Below the pieces are notes generated by a model. It saw only the letters and a program-made list of their open reading frames with translations, ran no database searches and was not told the DNA's origin. A stretch of DNA of 64,000 nt, from the NCBI GenBank assembly GCA_964234715.1, contig OZ174282.1, one strand, 5' to 3'. The stretch comes from Podarcis melisellensis. Lineage: Eukaryota. Numbering within the stretch: position 1 is the stretch's first letter; each line of letters begins with the position of its first letter. Below, piece after piece: positions 13,851-23,682 of the stretch. The translations under genes were made by a program, and so were the position numbers.

Positions 13851-16776
13851 GTAGGGAAAATAAAAGGGGCGGGCAGTGTGACTAGGCCCTAGTCAAGGTT
13901 ATAAAACGGTGGAGCAGTTGCTTCCCGGCAATGTGTACTTAATGTATCGATTGGTAAGAGCAAGTATTCCAGGCAAAGGTTCATTCGTTCACTTTTCCTT
14001 TTACCTCCTTTTTTCTTTTTAAGTGTTTTTATACCTTTGGACCTAGAGGTAGGTCCCACAGGTCGAGTCCCAGACGCCTAGGGTGGCAGAAGTTACTCAG
14101 TGGCCAGGCTGTGCTATTCCACATGTGCTGGCAGATTCTTCTTTTTTAAGGATCCTTTAGCATTGAGGTTTCCATAGCTGTTCTCCAGTGCTGTTTGAGG
14201 CGTCCCCCTCCCCCATTGCTCATAGGCTAGCATTGAGAAATACTGGACAGAAGTAGAAACTTGGCCAAAAGCTCATACCTACAAGCTGGAGTGAAGAACT
14301 TGCGGCGGTGATACCAATGTCAGGAAGGTGCTTGGGATGCTAGCTAGGTTAGGCTGGAAAATATATGGTGGAGTAGGTTTGTTGAAGGATTGTTCTTGGG
14401 GGCTAGTCTGGATTACATGATTGCCACTCAAGGCAATGCTGTTGTGCCCTTACTTTTTGGCATTGGGGCAGGGGACAGAGTTGTCTTGCTGCAGAGGTCT
14501 GAAAGGGCCTGGAGTGTGTTTGGGGATTGGCCAGATTTGTCAGCTGCTCAGGTTTGAATTTGACAGAATTTGGGGTGCAGTTAGCATAATGGCCATTGGG
14601 TGGGTGCGTAGGGGAGAACATGTGGCCACCAAGACCCCTGTATTACTGTTTTATTTTTTTGTCTGGAGATCCACAATAACTCATATGAGTTGCGTATGTG
14701 AGATTCTTGTAGCATTTTTCATTTTGTTCTGCAGCAAATGATGTGCTTTAATAGGGGGTGGTCTCTTTAACAATGCTGTCTGGCAATCTTGGCCCAGGAG
14801 CACATGGCGTGGGAAGCAAGAATATGTTCCTGTTCCTATCTGAGATGCAAGTCAGTCTCTCTCTTTCTCTCTTCCTTCTCTCAAATTGGGATGTAGTGCA
14901 CCCCTTTCTTTGTTTCTTTTGAATATGGGAATTCCTCTACCTTTGTGTGCTATGTGCATCCGTTGAAATGCAGGAAGGGGGGGAGCTTTCACATCTCCTG
15001 TTACGCAGATTATATATTTTTGCTGTGGTGTGCTATTTGGTCATTTCACATGTAAAAGGGGCGAGAAGCACTCAGGTGCATATTTTTTTCTATGGAGGGA
15101 AGAAAATTAGTAAATGCATGCTACTCATGTTCTTGAGTACCACAGCAATAGGAGCACATGTGCACGGTATCAAAGGACACGCTGAGGGTTGAGTCTTTCT
15201 GTGCTGTCGCAGCATGTGTTCCAATGCATGGTAGTGTGTGGGCCAGGAAGCCTACTACACACAGAGAAAAAGAGCATGGCATTCAGGGGCTATACATTTG
15301 GGTTTTTACCAAGGCCTGTGTGTTCAACACATCAGGGAAGGGGATGTTACCTCATCTATTGGCTCCTGCAAAGACTTGATTTTCTGTACAATCCACATTT
15401 TCTAAAGAGAATCTTTGTCACTCATAATGTTACATTATGCAAGGTCCCAGGGGATAGGTGCCTTTCTGAATACAAATGTTTTGCCTGTGTGCAGTACAAA
15501 GAGGGCGTGGAAGAAAGTCATCTGCGCAGTTGATGCACAACTCCTCCATGGCACGTTACACACACGTTTGTTAAATTAAATGTAAGGTATTTCAACGTGT
15601 CTTAAAATGCCCAACCTGTTCACAAAGCCCCATTCTTGTGCCTCCATCATATCCTGTCTGCTCTTTTTGCTTTTATTTTTTGACATTGCTAGCATTTTAA
15701 AGTTCTCTAGGAAGTGGCCATGCTGCCTGTTTCTTCTGTGCTTGGGATTTTTTTTTAACTGTAGTAGCATTCCACATTCACTGTGTTTTAGTACACTTCA
15801 AATGATTTTTACAGCAATATGTAACATCTGTCAACAATGTGTTAGTTATGCCCATTTAGTTTAGGGGGGTCTAACATTAGTTACAACCCTCAGTGTTCAG
15901 CAAAACAATTTAGCTTTTGGAGTTTCAAGGTAGTTTGCAGCTTTTACTTGTTTGATTTGTGTATCTTTAATCATAATAATCTTGTGTATATATGGAAACG
16001 TTTCAGTGATTTTTACCTTGACTTCTCATTACTTTCTAATTTTACAAATGCTGGTGCCATTGCAGAGTCAGCATTATTATTTTTCATTGCAGGGTGGACA
16101 CATTGTCCCATAATCACAGAAGGTTAGAATGTGTAGAGGAGAGAATATTTTAGCTGCATATTTATTGTTGGCGTTGCGTGTGGATTTATTCAGGTAGCAG
16201 TATGTCTCTCTTAGAACCTGCTTCAAGGCATGTGGGACCCATATGAACCTTTGCAGTAAATGTAATGTTACCTCTGGAGTGCGAAGTGTTTGCTTAAACT
16301 GAAGAAAAGAGTTCCATTTAGAATTCCCAAACTTTCTGTTGACAAATCTGATTTCAAAGAATGGAACTCCTGTAAGTTTCTCCTGCAAAGCAGATTATGA
16401 AAAATCACCTCCCCTTCCATCTTGCAGACAGGTATAGAAGTCTTACTTTGCATTTTTATGATATAATATCAATTACTATTGTAGAAATTTGTAGTTTAAT
16501 GGACAAACTTATTCTCCATGTGCACTGTTTTCTCTTCTGGGGAATCCTGTAATTTTGAGATATGCTTGTACTGTACTTCTGAAAGTGGCTAAGGCTTGAT
16601 TGTCTGTTAGATGTTGTTTTTGTGCATTTCTTTAAGTACTGTCCCCTGTTTTAGTGTGGGTATTAAATTCAGTAGTTTGATGCTCTGCGATAAACATAGT
16701 TTAGATCCCAAGCCATAGTTTGTGCTTGCAAACATGTAACCAAATCATGGTTTAGAGCTGTGTGTCTACTGTCATT

Positions 16777-16966
16777 TAGGACCATAGGAAACTGCCTTCT
16801 ATTGAGTCAGACTGTAGGCCCTTCTAGTACAGTATTGGCTATACAGACTGGCAGCCGTTCTCCAGGACTTCAGACCAGGAGTCTTTCCTATCCCTGGCTG
16901 AACAGGATTTTACCTGGGACCTTCTGTATGCAAAGCAAATACTCTTAACATGAAGCTACAGCCCTT
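16777..16966 (-). mobile_element. old tRNA-derived SINE with CR1-like tail
   Basis: reverse complement resembles the copy at 47367-47578 (A/B-box-like head; aaggcag.ttcctatg tail). Confidence 0.55.
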
Positions 16967-17955
16967 TCTATCAGCTCATCGCTACTGTCTCTAGGCATAG
17001 CAGCCCCCAGATGCCAAGCTGTAACTACAGTCTGTCCATTCATACATCACATCATATCATAGTTCAGCTCTTTTTCTGGGGTGGATGCAAGGAAGAGATT
17101 GGAAGTTTTGCTTAGTTAACTGTGTTCTATTATTTATTTTATGTATTCAGGGGTATTTATACCCCACCTGCTAACCAAAGTTCTTGAGGGGCCTAAGCTC
17201 AGAATGTGGTTTGTTTCAACTGTGGTTGGGAAACAAGCCAGGATCATAAGCCACATTTTGAATTTGGCTTGTTTCCCAAATAATACTTCAGACTAACCAT
17301 GCAAATAGAAATGAAAGCTTTTGGTCATGCCAGAGGGTAGAGCTAACAAGCCCAAGGGTCATGCACATAACTCTAAGCCATAGTTGAACATTACGTCCAA
17401 ATGCAACCACAGTTGGGCATTGGGTGTTGAGAAAGCATAGGAAATAGTGTGTGCTACTCAGATGCATTGACCTGTGAGGTAAACTATGGTAATATTGTGC
17501 TCTGTAGTCGCAGTCAGAATAAGGCTGCATAAAAAAAACAACCTCAAGATAATCATCACCTCAGATTAGTAATCATTGCTCAAAGCAGATCTCATGTTCT
17601 TTCATTTTGGCAACTCCTATGTTGACCTAAGTGTTATAATGATGATCATTTAAAATGTAATCCTAACAAAAATATGATTATATTTATAATTTTATTATTT
17701 GTTAATACTCACTACATCTTCAAACCTTTGCGGATAGCTTTTGGATCTCAGAAAACTGGTCAGTATAATACTTGTGGACAAAATCTTCTGATGTTTTTGT
17801 TATGGTTGTAGAGAGCCTTGTAGGCCATCTATTCAAACTCCCTGTTCATTGCAGGAAATCAGAGCGTGAACATTCTGTATGGCAGAACCCACCATTCTCT
17901 CATGGGTTTCAGTGTTGAAATGTTCCAACTGTTGTGTGTATGTCCTAAACGCTAG

Positions 17956-18722
17956 TGTCACGGCCACCCCGGACTGGTCCCAGCTCACAAGAGACCTCAC
18001 TCCGTTGCAGCTTATTTACAGGAAAACTTTATTGAAGATTTCTGCTTCTCATACAGCTCAGCATTGTGGCCGTACGTCTGCCACGTTAGACCGCTGAAGT
18101 CCCCTCTGACTCCTCCCCTCTTCCGCACCAACTTAATAGCCTGGCTCTAGACCACCTCTTCCTCTCCTTTCTTTTCCGCAGGGTCTTCCTGCCCCCCTGG
18201 GTTCCCTCTCTCCGTGACTCGCCTGAGGCTGAATCCTCTGCCGCCTCTTCCCCCCTCTTTCTGGCTTTAGGGCCGGGCTCCTCCCCTGAGCTCTCTCCAC
18301 TTCCGCGCGCCTCTACGTTTGAACTTGGCGCGCGTACGTTGCTGCTGACCTTTCTTTCGACCGCTACACCACCCCCTGCTCTGCTCTCCACCCTTTCCGG
18401 CTGAACACCCTGCTGCAACCCCCTCTCTCTGTTCTCTCCTAATCCTGCTCCCTCCGAGAGACTGACGACTCCACCCCCTTTTCTCCGTTCCGGCTGAGAC
18501 GTCTCTTGCTTCCTCTGTCTTCCACTGGGCTCCTCTCCGCTTCTCCCTTCTCCTCCCCTTTGCTTGATTAAGGTAACCCCCTTTTGAGAATCCTCTGACT
18601 CGCTGCTCAGACTCGTGGATTCCCTCAGAATTCCATCATCTTCTTCCTCATCCTTCTGCCCCTCCTCCCACTCGCTCTCCGTCTCCTCTGTCATCTCCTC
18701 CTCTCTCCCAGAAACCCTGACA
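17956..18722 (-). repeat. 3' LTR of the retrotransposon
   Basis: direct repeat of 23683-24449; preceded on - strand by the polypurine tract; AATAAA on - strand at 18028-18033. Confidence 0.96.
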
Positions 18723-21700
18723 TCCATCCCCCCCTCGAAGCCCCCCCTTCCCCCCTCCCGCTCGCCGGGGACCGGTCGTGGAAACTGCGGCTCTTCGGGG
18801 GTAGGCTCAGGATACAGGTCGTCTACGTCAATGTTCTCTGCTGGCAGTTCTGTGTAAGTGTATTCGAAGTCGGGTTCTTCCCCCAAATGCTTCTCAGTCT
18901 CTGCTTCCATCGCTACTTCCTCCGGTGCTGCCCGCCAAGGACCTATCAGCCACCTCTTACGCCATTCCTCCTCTGGCTGCTCCTCCCACCAATAAGGGGT
19001 TTCCGTGTCCACCCCCGAGCACGATCCCCTGGGCGGGCTTGATTCTGGTGTTCTTTCCTCGGGGGAAGAGAAACCCCTGAACGTGCTATCTGACAATGTG
19101 GGTGTGAAAAGCCAGTCATCAAAGTACTCAGCTGGCATGGGTCTATGTGGGAAAAGCGCATGGAACTCTTCTTTCAAAAGGGGTTCGTCTAACTCGTAGC
19201 CTGGCACCCAACTATTAGCAGCGGCTGGTGTGCCCTCCCTGGCGAGAAAATATTCAACTCCCTCCTCCCCCCATCTCGAGTCCAGTATCTCTGTGACCTC
19301 GTTAAGAGGTCCTGGTCTTGGCGATTCCCCCCTCTCAGGCGCCCTCCTACGTGGCTCTGGGGGTGCTCCTGACTCTTGAAACCTGTGTGGGGTTTTGTAG
19401 GGAGTGAGCACCGACCTATGAAAGACCGGGTGCACCCTGGAACCTTCCGGAAGGGCTAGACGAAAAGCCACCGGATTGATCTTAGCCTCAACTTGATATG
19501 GCCCTAGCTGCCTGTGTCCTAACTTCTTCTTGGCCAATGACCTGGCCGGCATCGCGTGGGCTGCTAACCACACCCAGTCCCCAACCTGGATGTCCTCTCC
19601 CGCCCTCCTGTGCTTATCGGCCTGCACCTTATACGCCTGTTTTGCCAGCTCCAAATGTCTCCGCAGCTCCTCGTGCACCTCTTGCAACTCCGCTGCAAAC
19701 TGGTCGGCATCTTGAGGCCCCCCCCCTCCTGGTGCCGCAAATCTCGGGAAGGTTCTGGGATGACGGCCATTGTTCGCGAAGAAAGGCGTCACCCCGGTGG
19801 AAGCGTGTTTCGTGTTGTTGTAGGCGAATTCAGCCATCGGCAGATAGTCCACCCACGCCGCAGGTCGCTGGTTGGCGTAGCACCGCAGGTACTGCTGCAT
19901 GATCGCGTTGACCCTCTCCGCTTGACCGTTGGTTTGTGGATGCCTCGCCGATGTCAGGTTGATTTTGACGTGCAAGATGCCCAGAAGCTTTCGCCAGAAA
20001 GTGGAAACAAACTGGCGCCCCCTGTCGGACAAGACGGACTGCGGAAGTCCATGCACTCTGAAGACATGATCGATGAAGAGCTTTGCGGTCTGTTCTGCCG
20101 TCGCCACCTTGGCACAAGGGATGAAGTGCGCCATCTTGGTGAACAAGTCCACCACCACTAACACCGCCGTCTTACCTCTGGAGCTGGGCAGGTCTGTAAC
20201 AAAGTCCAACGCTACCCTCTCCCATGGTTGCTGCGGTGTCTCCAGCGGTTCTAGCAATCCCGCCTGCTTCTGGTGCACTGGTTTGGACCTCTGGCAGATA
20301 TCACACCTGGCGACGTAGTCCGCCACCTCTCCTCTCATCTGGGGCCACCAAAAGTCTCTAGCCACCAACTCCATCGTCTTCTCTTTGCCGAAATGGCCTG
20401 CACTAGGGGCGTCATGCAACTGTTGCAGAACCTTGGCTCGAAGATCGTCGGTGGGCACGTAAAGGGCACCCTTACGAGTCAAAAGTCCATCTTGTAATTG
20501 AAACTCATCGTTGTGTCGCGACCCTCCGCGTAGCTCCTCCATCTTAGACTGCGCAAACTGATCCCTTTGCAACGCGCGTCGCACCGCGTCCAGGTCGACT
20601 GCGATGGTAGCGCACGTCCACGCCTGCGGTGCGAAAATGTGCTTTGCTGCGATTGGAGCTGCTTCCTCCAAGTATTGCGGCTTTCGGGACAGCGCGTCTG
20701 CAATAACATTGGAGTCTCCTGGGATGTATTCTATTTTGAAGTCGAAGTCCGCAAAGAACTCCGCCCAGCGCATGTGTCGCTGGGTCTGCAACTTAGCCGT
20801 CCGCCAATACTCTAAGTTCTTGTGATCCGTGCGGACCTGCACCGTGTGCTTGGCTCCTATTAAGAAGTGTCGCCACGCCTTGAAAGCTGCATGAATGGCC
20901 AACAACTCCCTGTCCCATATGGTATAATTGCGCTCCGCCTTGCTGAGCTTCCGGGAGTAGAACGCACCCGGTCGCCAGTTGCCTTGTGAATCCTCTTGCA
21001 AAAGAACGGCCCCAACCGCTCTATCTGACGCATCGGTCTCTACCCGCATGGGTCTGCCGGGATTCACGTGGAGCAGCTGCTCTTCGGAGGCGAAAAGACC
21101 TTTAAGCGTCCGGAAGGACCGCTCCGCTTGTTCGGTCCAGACGAACTTCTTCTTCTTGGAACTGAGGGTGTCAGTGATCGCCGCCGTCGCGTTCGCAAAA
21201 CCTTTAATAAACTTGCGGTAAAAATTGGCAAAGCCGATGAACCTCTGGACCTCTTTCCGATTTCGAGGGCTTTTCCAGTCCAACAGCGCTTGAACCTTAG
21301 CCCTGTCCATGGCCAGTCCCTCGTCGGACAACTTGTAGCCAAGGAAATCAACCTCTCTGACATCAAACTGGCACTTTTCCAACTTGGCGTACAGCCTGTG
21401 TTCCTTCAGCCTCTGCAGGACCTCCCTCACGTCCTTATCGTGATCCTCCGGCGATTCCGAGAAAATCAGGATATCGTCGAGAAAGCAGACACACTTTTTG
21501 TAGAGGAGACCTGCTAGCACGTGGTGCATAAATGCTTGAAAAACGTGGCTGCCATTTTGGAGGCCGAAAGGCATGACTCTGTATTCGTATGTGCCCAGAG
21601 GGGTGAACATGGCGGTCTTCCACTCATCTCCTTTCCGGATGCGGATGAGATTGTAAGCTCCACGTAGGTCCAGCTTGGTGAAAATCTTGCCCCTCCTGAC

Positions 21701-22600
21701 GGTCGCTAAAAGGTCGTCAATCTTGGGCATGGGGAAAGCTTTGGGCTTAGTCAAGCTGTTGATGAACCTGTAATCCACTATAAGCCTTTTTTGGGGCGTG
21801 TCCTTCTTCTTCACAAAGAAAACAGGGCTGCCTCCCGCTGCTTTAGATTCCTGGATGAAACCGCGCTTGAGGTTATGGTCTATGAACTCCCGAAGCTCTT
21901 GCATTTCGTCCTCCGACATGGAGTACAGCTTGGCAGCAGGCAATTGCGCCCCTGGCACTAAATCAATCGCGCAGTCGTAAGGTCTATGAGGCGGCAACTT
22001 GTCAGCTTCCTTCTCACAGAAAACCTCCAAGAATTCCTGGTACTTGTGAGGCACTGTTTGCACCATACCCAGATGCAATGGCTGCTCAGCTTCTCCTCCC
22101 TGATCGGTCTGAAAGCAATGCTGAGCACAATACGATGAACAAAAGTTGATCTGCCTCTGGTACCACGCAACCGCGGGACTGTGCCTCTCCAGCCAACTCA
22201 TGCCTAACACGATGGGTGTGTCCGATAAGTGGGTGACATTGAAACTAATAAGCTCTCGATGGTTGCCAATCTGCATCATCATGGGAGGGGTTTGCTGCAC
22301 CACTTGCCCCCCCAGCAACTTCCTGCCGTCCACCGTGACCACGTTCAGAGGCGTCGTTGCAGGCAGGAGCGCCATGTTGTGCTGCTTAACGAACTGCAGT
22401 CCCATGAAGTCGGCGTTGCTTCCCGAATCGATCGTTATTGGAACCTCGAGGAGTCTCCCATCAGGCAACTGGAGTGTTGCTGTGAGCAGAACTGCCGGTT
22501 TGGGAGGCAAAGGGTCCACGCTCTGCAGTGATGCTGGGGGCTTGTCTACAGATCCGCCTGGCTGAGCCCCAGTAGCTCTGCTTCCAGCCAGGCACTGTCG
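18086..22600 (-). CDS. pol: Pol polyprotein (aspartic protease, RT, RNase H, integrase, chromodomain-like domain, long charged tail), expressed as Gag-Pol via -1 frameshift
   Basis: IDSGS protease; LDLRGAY, MPFGL, FLDDILI RT; ETDASD/DRELLAI/TDHKNL/ADALSR RNase H; HDAPSAGH..CDIC and D,D,E integrase; GPY motif; EVTEILDSR..EYF..NSWVP chromo-like; no internal stops. Confidence 0.95.
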   Translation of the reverse strand, partial: RQCLAGSRATGAQPGGSVDKPPASLQSVDPLPPKPAVLLTATLQLPDGRLLEVPITIDSGSNADFMGLQFVKQHNMALLPATTPLNVVTVDGRKLLGGQVVQQTPPMMMQIGNHRELISFNVTHLSDTPIVLGMSWLERHSPAVAWYQRQINFCSSYCAQHCFQTDQGGEAEQPLHLGMVQTVPHKYQEFLEVFCEKEADKLPPHRPYDCAIDLVPGAQLPAAKLYSMSEDEMQELREFIDHNLKRGFIQESKAAGGSPVFFVKKKDTPQKRLIVDYRFINSLTKPKAFPMPKIDDLLATVRRGKIFTKLDLRGAYNLIRIRKGDEWKTAMFTPLGTYEYRVMPFGLQNGSHVFQAFMHHVLAGLLYKKCVCFLDDILIFSESPEDHDKDVREVLQRLKEHRLYAKLEKCQFDVREVDFLGYKLSDEGLAMDRAKVQALLDWKSPRNRKEVQRFIGFANFYRKFIKGFANATAAITDTLSSKKKKFVWTEQAERSFRTLKGLFASEEQLLHVNPGRPMRVETDASDRAVGAVLLQEDSQGNWRPGAFYSRKLSKAERNYTIWDRELLAIHAAFKAWRHFLIGAKHTVQVRTDHKNLEYWRTAKLQTQRHMRWAEFFADFDFKIEYIPGDSNVIADALSRKPQYLEEAAPIAAKHIFAPQAWTCATIAVDLDAVRRALQRDQFAQSKMEELRGGSRHNDEFQLQDGLLTRKGALYVPTDDLRAKVLQQLHDAPSAGHFGKEKTMELVARDFWWPQMRGEVADYVARCDICQRSKPVHQKQAGLLEPLETPQQPWERVALDFVTDLPSSRGKTAVLVVVDLFTKMAHFIPCAKVATAEQTAKLFIDHVFRVHGLPQSVLSDRGRQFVSTFWRKLLGILHVKINLTSARHPQTNGQAERVNAIMQQYLRCYANQRPAAWVDYLPMAEFAYNNTKHASTGVTPFFANNGRHPRTFPRFAAPGGGGPQDADQFAAELQEVHEELRRHLELAKQAYKVQADKHRRAGEDIQVGDWVWLAAHAMPARSLAKKKLGHRQLGPYQVEAKINPVAFRLALPEGSRVHPVFHRSVLTPYKTPHRFQESGAPPEPRRRAPERGESPRPGPLNEVTEILDSRWGEEGVEYFLAREGTPAAANSWVPGYELDEPLLKEEFHALFPHRPMPAEYFDDWLFTPTLSDSTFRGFSSPEERTPESSPPRGSCSGVDTETPYWWEEQPEEEWRKRWLIGPWRAAPEEVAMEAETEKHLGEEPDFEYTYTELPAENIDVDDLYPEPTPEEPQFPRPVPGEREGGRGGFEGGMDVRVSGREEEMTEETESEWEEGQKDEEEDDGILRESTSLSSESEDSQKGVTLIKQRGGEGRSGEEPSGRQRKQETSQPERRKGGGVVSLSEGAGLGENRERGLQQGVQPERVESRAGGGVAVERKVSSNVRAPSSNVEARGSGESSGEEPGPKARKRGEEAAEDSASGESRREGTQGGRKTLRKRKERKRWSRARLLSWCGRGEESEGTSAV
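18723..18736 (-). other. polypurine tract (PPT, plus-strand primer)
   Basis: GAGGGGGGGATGGA on - strand abutting the TG of the 3' LTR. Confidence 0.9.
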
Positions 22601-22606
22601 TTTCCC
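22534..22606 (-). promoter_or_regulatory. programmed -1 ribosomal frameshift signal (slippery heptamer plus stem/pseudoknot)
   Basis: G GGA AAC at 22606-22600 in gag frame; 6-nt spacer; 9-bp stem GCCTGGCTG/CAGCCAGGC; pol is the -1 frame. Confidence 0.85.
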
Positions 22607-23622
22607 TGAAGCTGCTCCCCTGGTTGCACCTCTGCTGTTACAGTTGCCAGCGCTGCAGTGTGCTTCTGGAGCCTCTGGGGGCACTCTTTCGCCATATGGT
22701 GCGCACTGTCACAGATGTAACACTTCCTGGTTCCTCTAGGAGGCTTCGCTTTGGCTGCACCAGGGACAGGGCTCTGGGATGGCTTCTGAGCCCTAGCACC
22801 ACCAATCTCCATTGGCTCCTCTCTGTCCTTCCCCATTGGCGAGGGGTGCGCACGGCTGAAGTCCCTGTGCACAAAAGGGAGAGTCCTTGCTTGCGCACGC
22901 GCTTGGGGCCCGTCCTCCTCGTGCCACGGACGCCCCTCATGTCGAATTCCAAGAGCTAAAGCCCGTTGCACCACGTCTTCTAGGGTCTGGGGTCTGTCCC
23001 CCCTAGCGATCTCATCCTTGATGGGGGGGCTCAATCCCTCCCAAAAAAGATCTCTGACCGGTTTACTGTCCTTTGGCCAATCTAAGGCGGTGAGCAATGC
23101 AAAAAATTTAGAGTGGTATTGGCGCACAGTCGCTTTCCCCTGCCTCAGCCCGTGCATTTGACGGCGCGCAATGTCCACATCCACAGAGGATTGAAAACAA
23201 GAATCCATCGCTTTGATGAACGCAGTTGAATCGCGACGGGCCGGTCCATCTTCGCGCCACAAATTGCGTAGCCAAGCCCTGGCCTCCCCATGCAGGTGCG
23301 AAACAATGAACCCCACTCTCTCCTCCTCATCTTTAAAATCGTGACGGAGTAAGTGCAGTGCATATACAACGTCCGCTCTGAAATTGGGATAGTCTTGCAA
23401 GTTGCCATTAAAATGCGGAACTAGGGCACCCCCCCTCCGTCCAAGCGCAATGCCCTCCGCTCTGGATCCTGGGGCCCCCGCCTTGTCCGCGCGCTCCCAC
23501 CTTGCCTGCAAATCCTGGCACGTCTTCTCCAAGTCGTCATTCTTCTTCTGCGAAGCAATGACTGCCGATGTGAGAGCGGTAACCTGATTCCGCAATGCAA
23601 CCAGCTGCTCCTCAGCGCTCAT
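22546..23622 (-). CDS. gag: Gag (coiled coil, capsid, CCHC zinc knuckle), 358 aa
   Basis: GCAGCCATG start at 23622; LRQG..TV..Y...F capsid motif, EPMEIG, CYICDSAHHMAKEC knuckle; sushi/PEG10-like layout. Confidence 0.93.
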   Translation of the reverse strand: MSAEEQLVALRNQVTALTSAVIASQKKNDDLEKTCQDLQARWERADKAGAPGSRAEGIALGRRGGALVPHFNGNLQDYPNFRADVVYALHLLRHDFKDEEERVGFIVSHLHGEARAWLRNLWREDGPARRDSTAFIKAMDSCFQSSVDVDIARRQMHGLRQGKATVRQYHSKFFALLTALDWPKDSKPVRDLFWEGLSPPIKDEIARGDRPQTLEDVVQRALALGIRHEGRPWHEEDGPQARAQARTLPFVHRDFSRAHPSPMGKDREEPMEIGGARAQKPSQSPVPGAAKAKPPRGTRKCYICDSAHHMAKECPQRLQKHTAALATVTAEVQPGEQLQGNDSAWLEAELLGLSQADL

Positions 23623-23669
23623 GGCTGCTCCCGTTCGTGAGCTTCGCAAAAAAAAATTTTTGCTTTCAG

Positions 23670-23680
23670 AGAGGGGACTT
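23670..23680 (-). other. self-priming primer-binding site (PBS)
   Basis: AAGTCCCCTCT, 2 nt downstream of the 5' LTR; lacks the TGG start of tRNA PBSs; exact complement of AGAGGGGACTT at 23834-23824 in the LTR. Confidence 0.85.
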
Positions 23681-23682
23681 AC

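Noticed and set aside
18086-19150. Envelope gene
   Set aside because: No signal peptide, transmembrane segment or Cys pattern; the tail is hydrophilic and in frame with integrase
22601-22684. ATG at 22684 as the Pol start
   Set aside because: Lies within gag upstream of the slippery site; frameshift expression explains Pol better
19498-22959. Antisense ORFs over pol and gag (up to 183 aa)
   Set aside because: Typical shadow ORFs of a GC-rich coding strand; no recognisable domain
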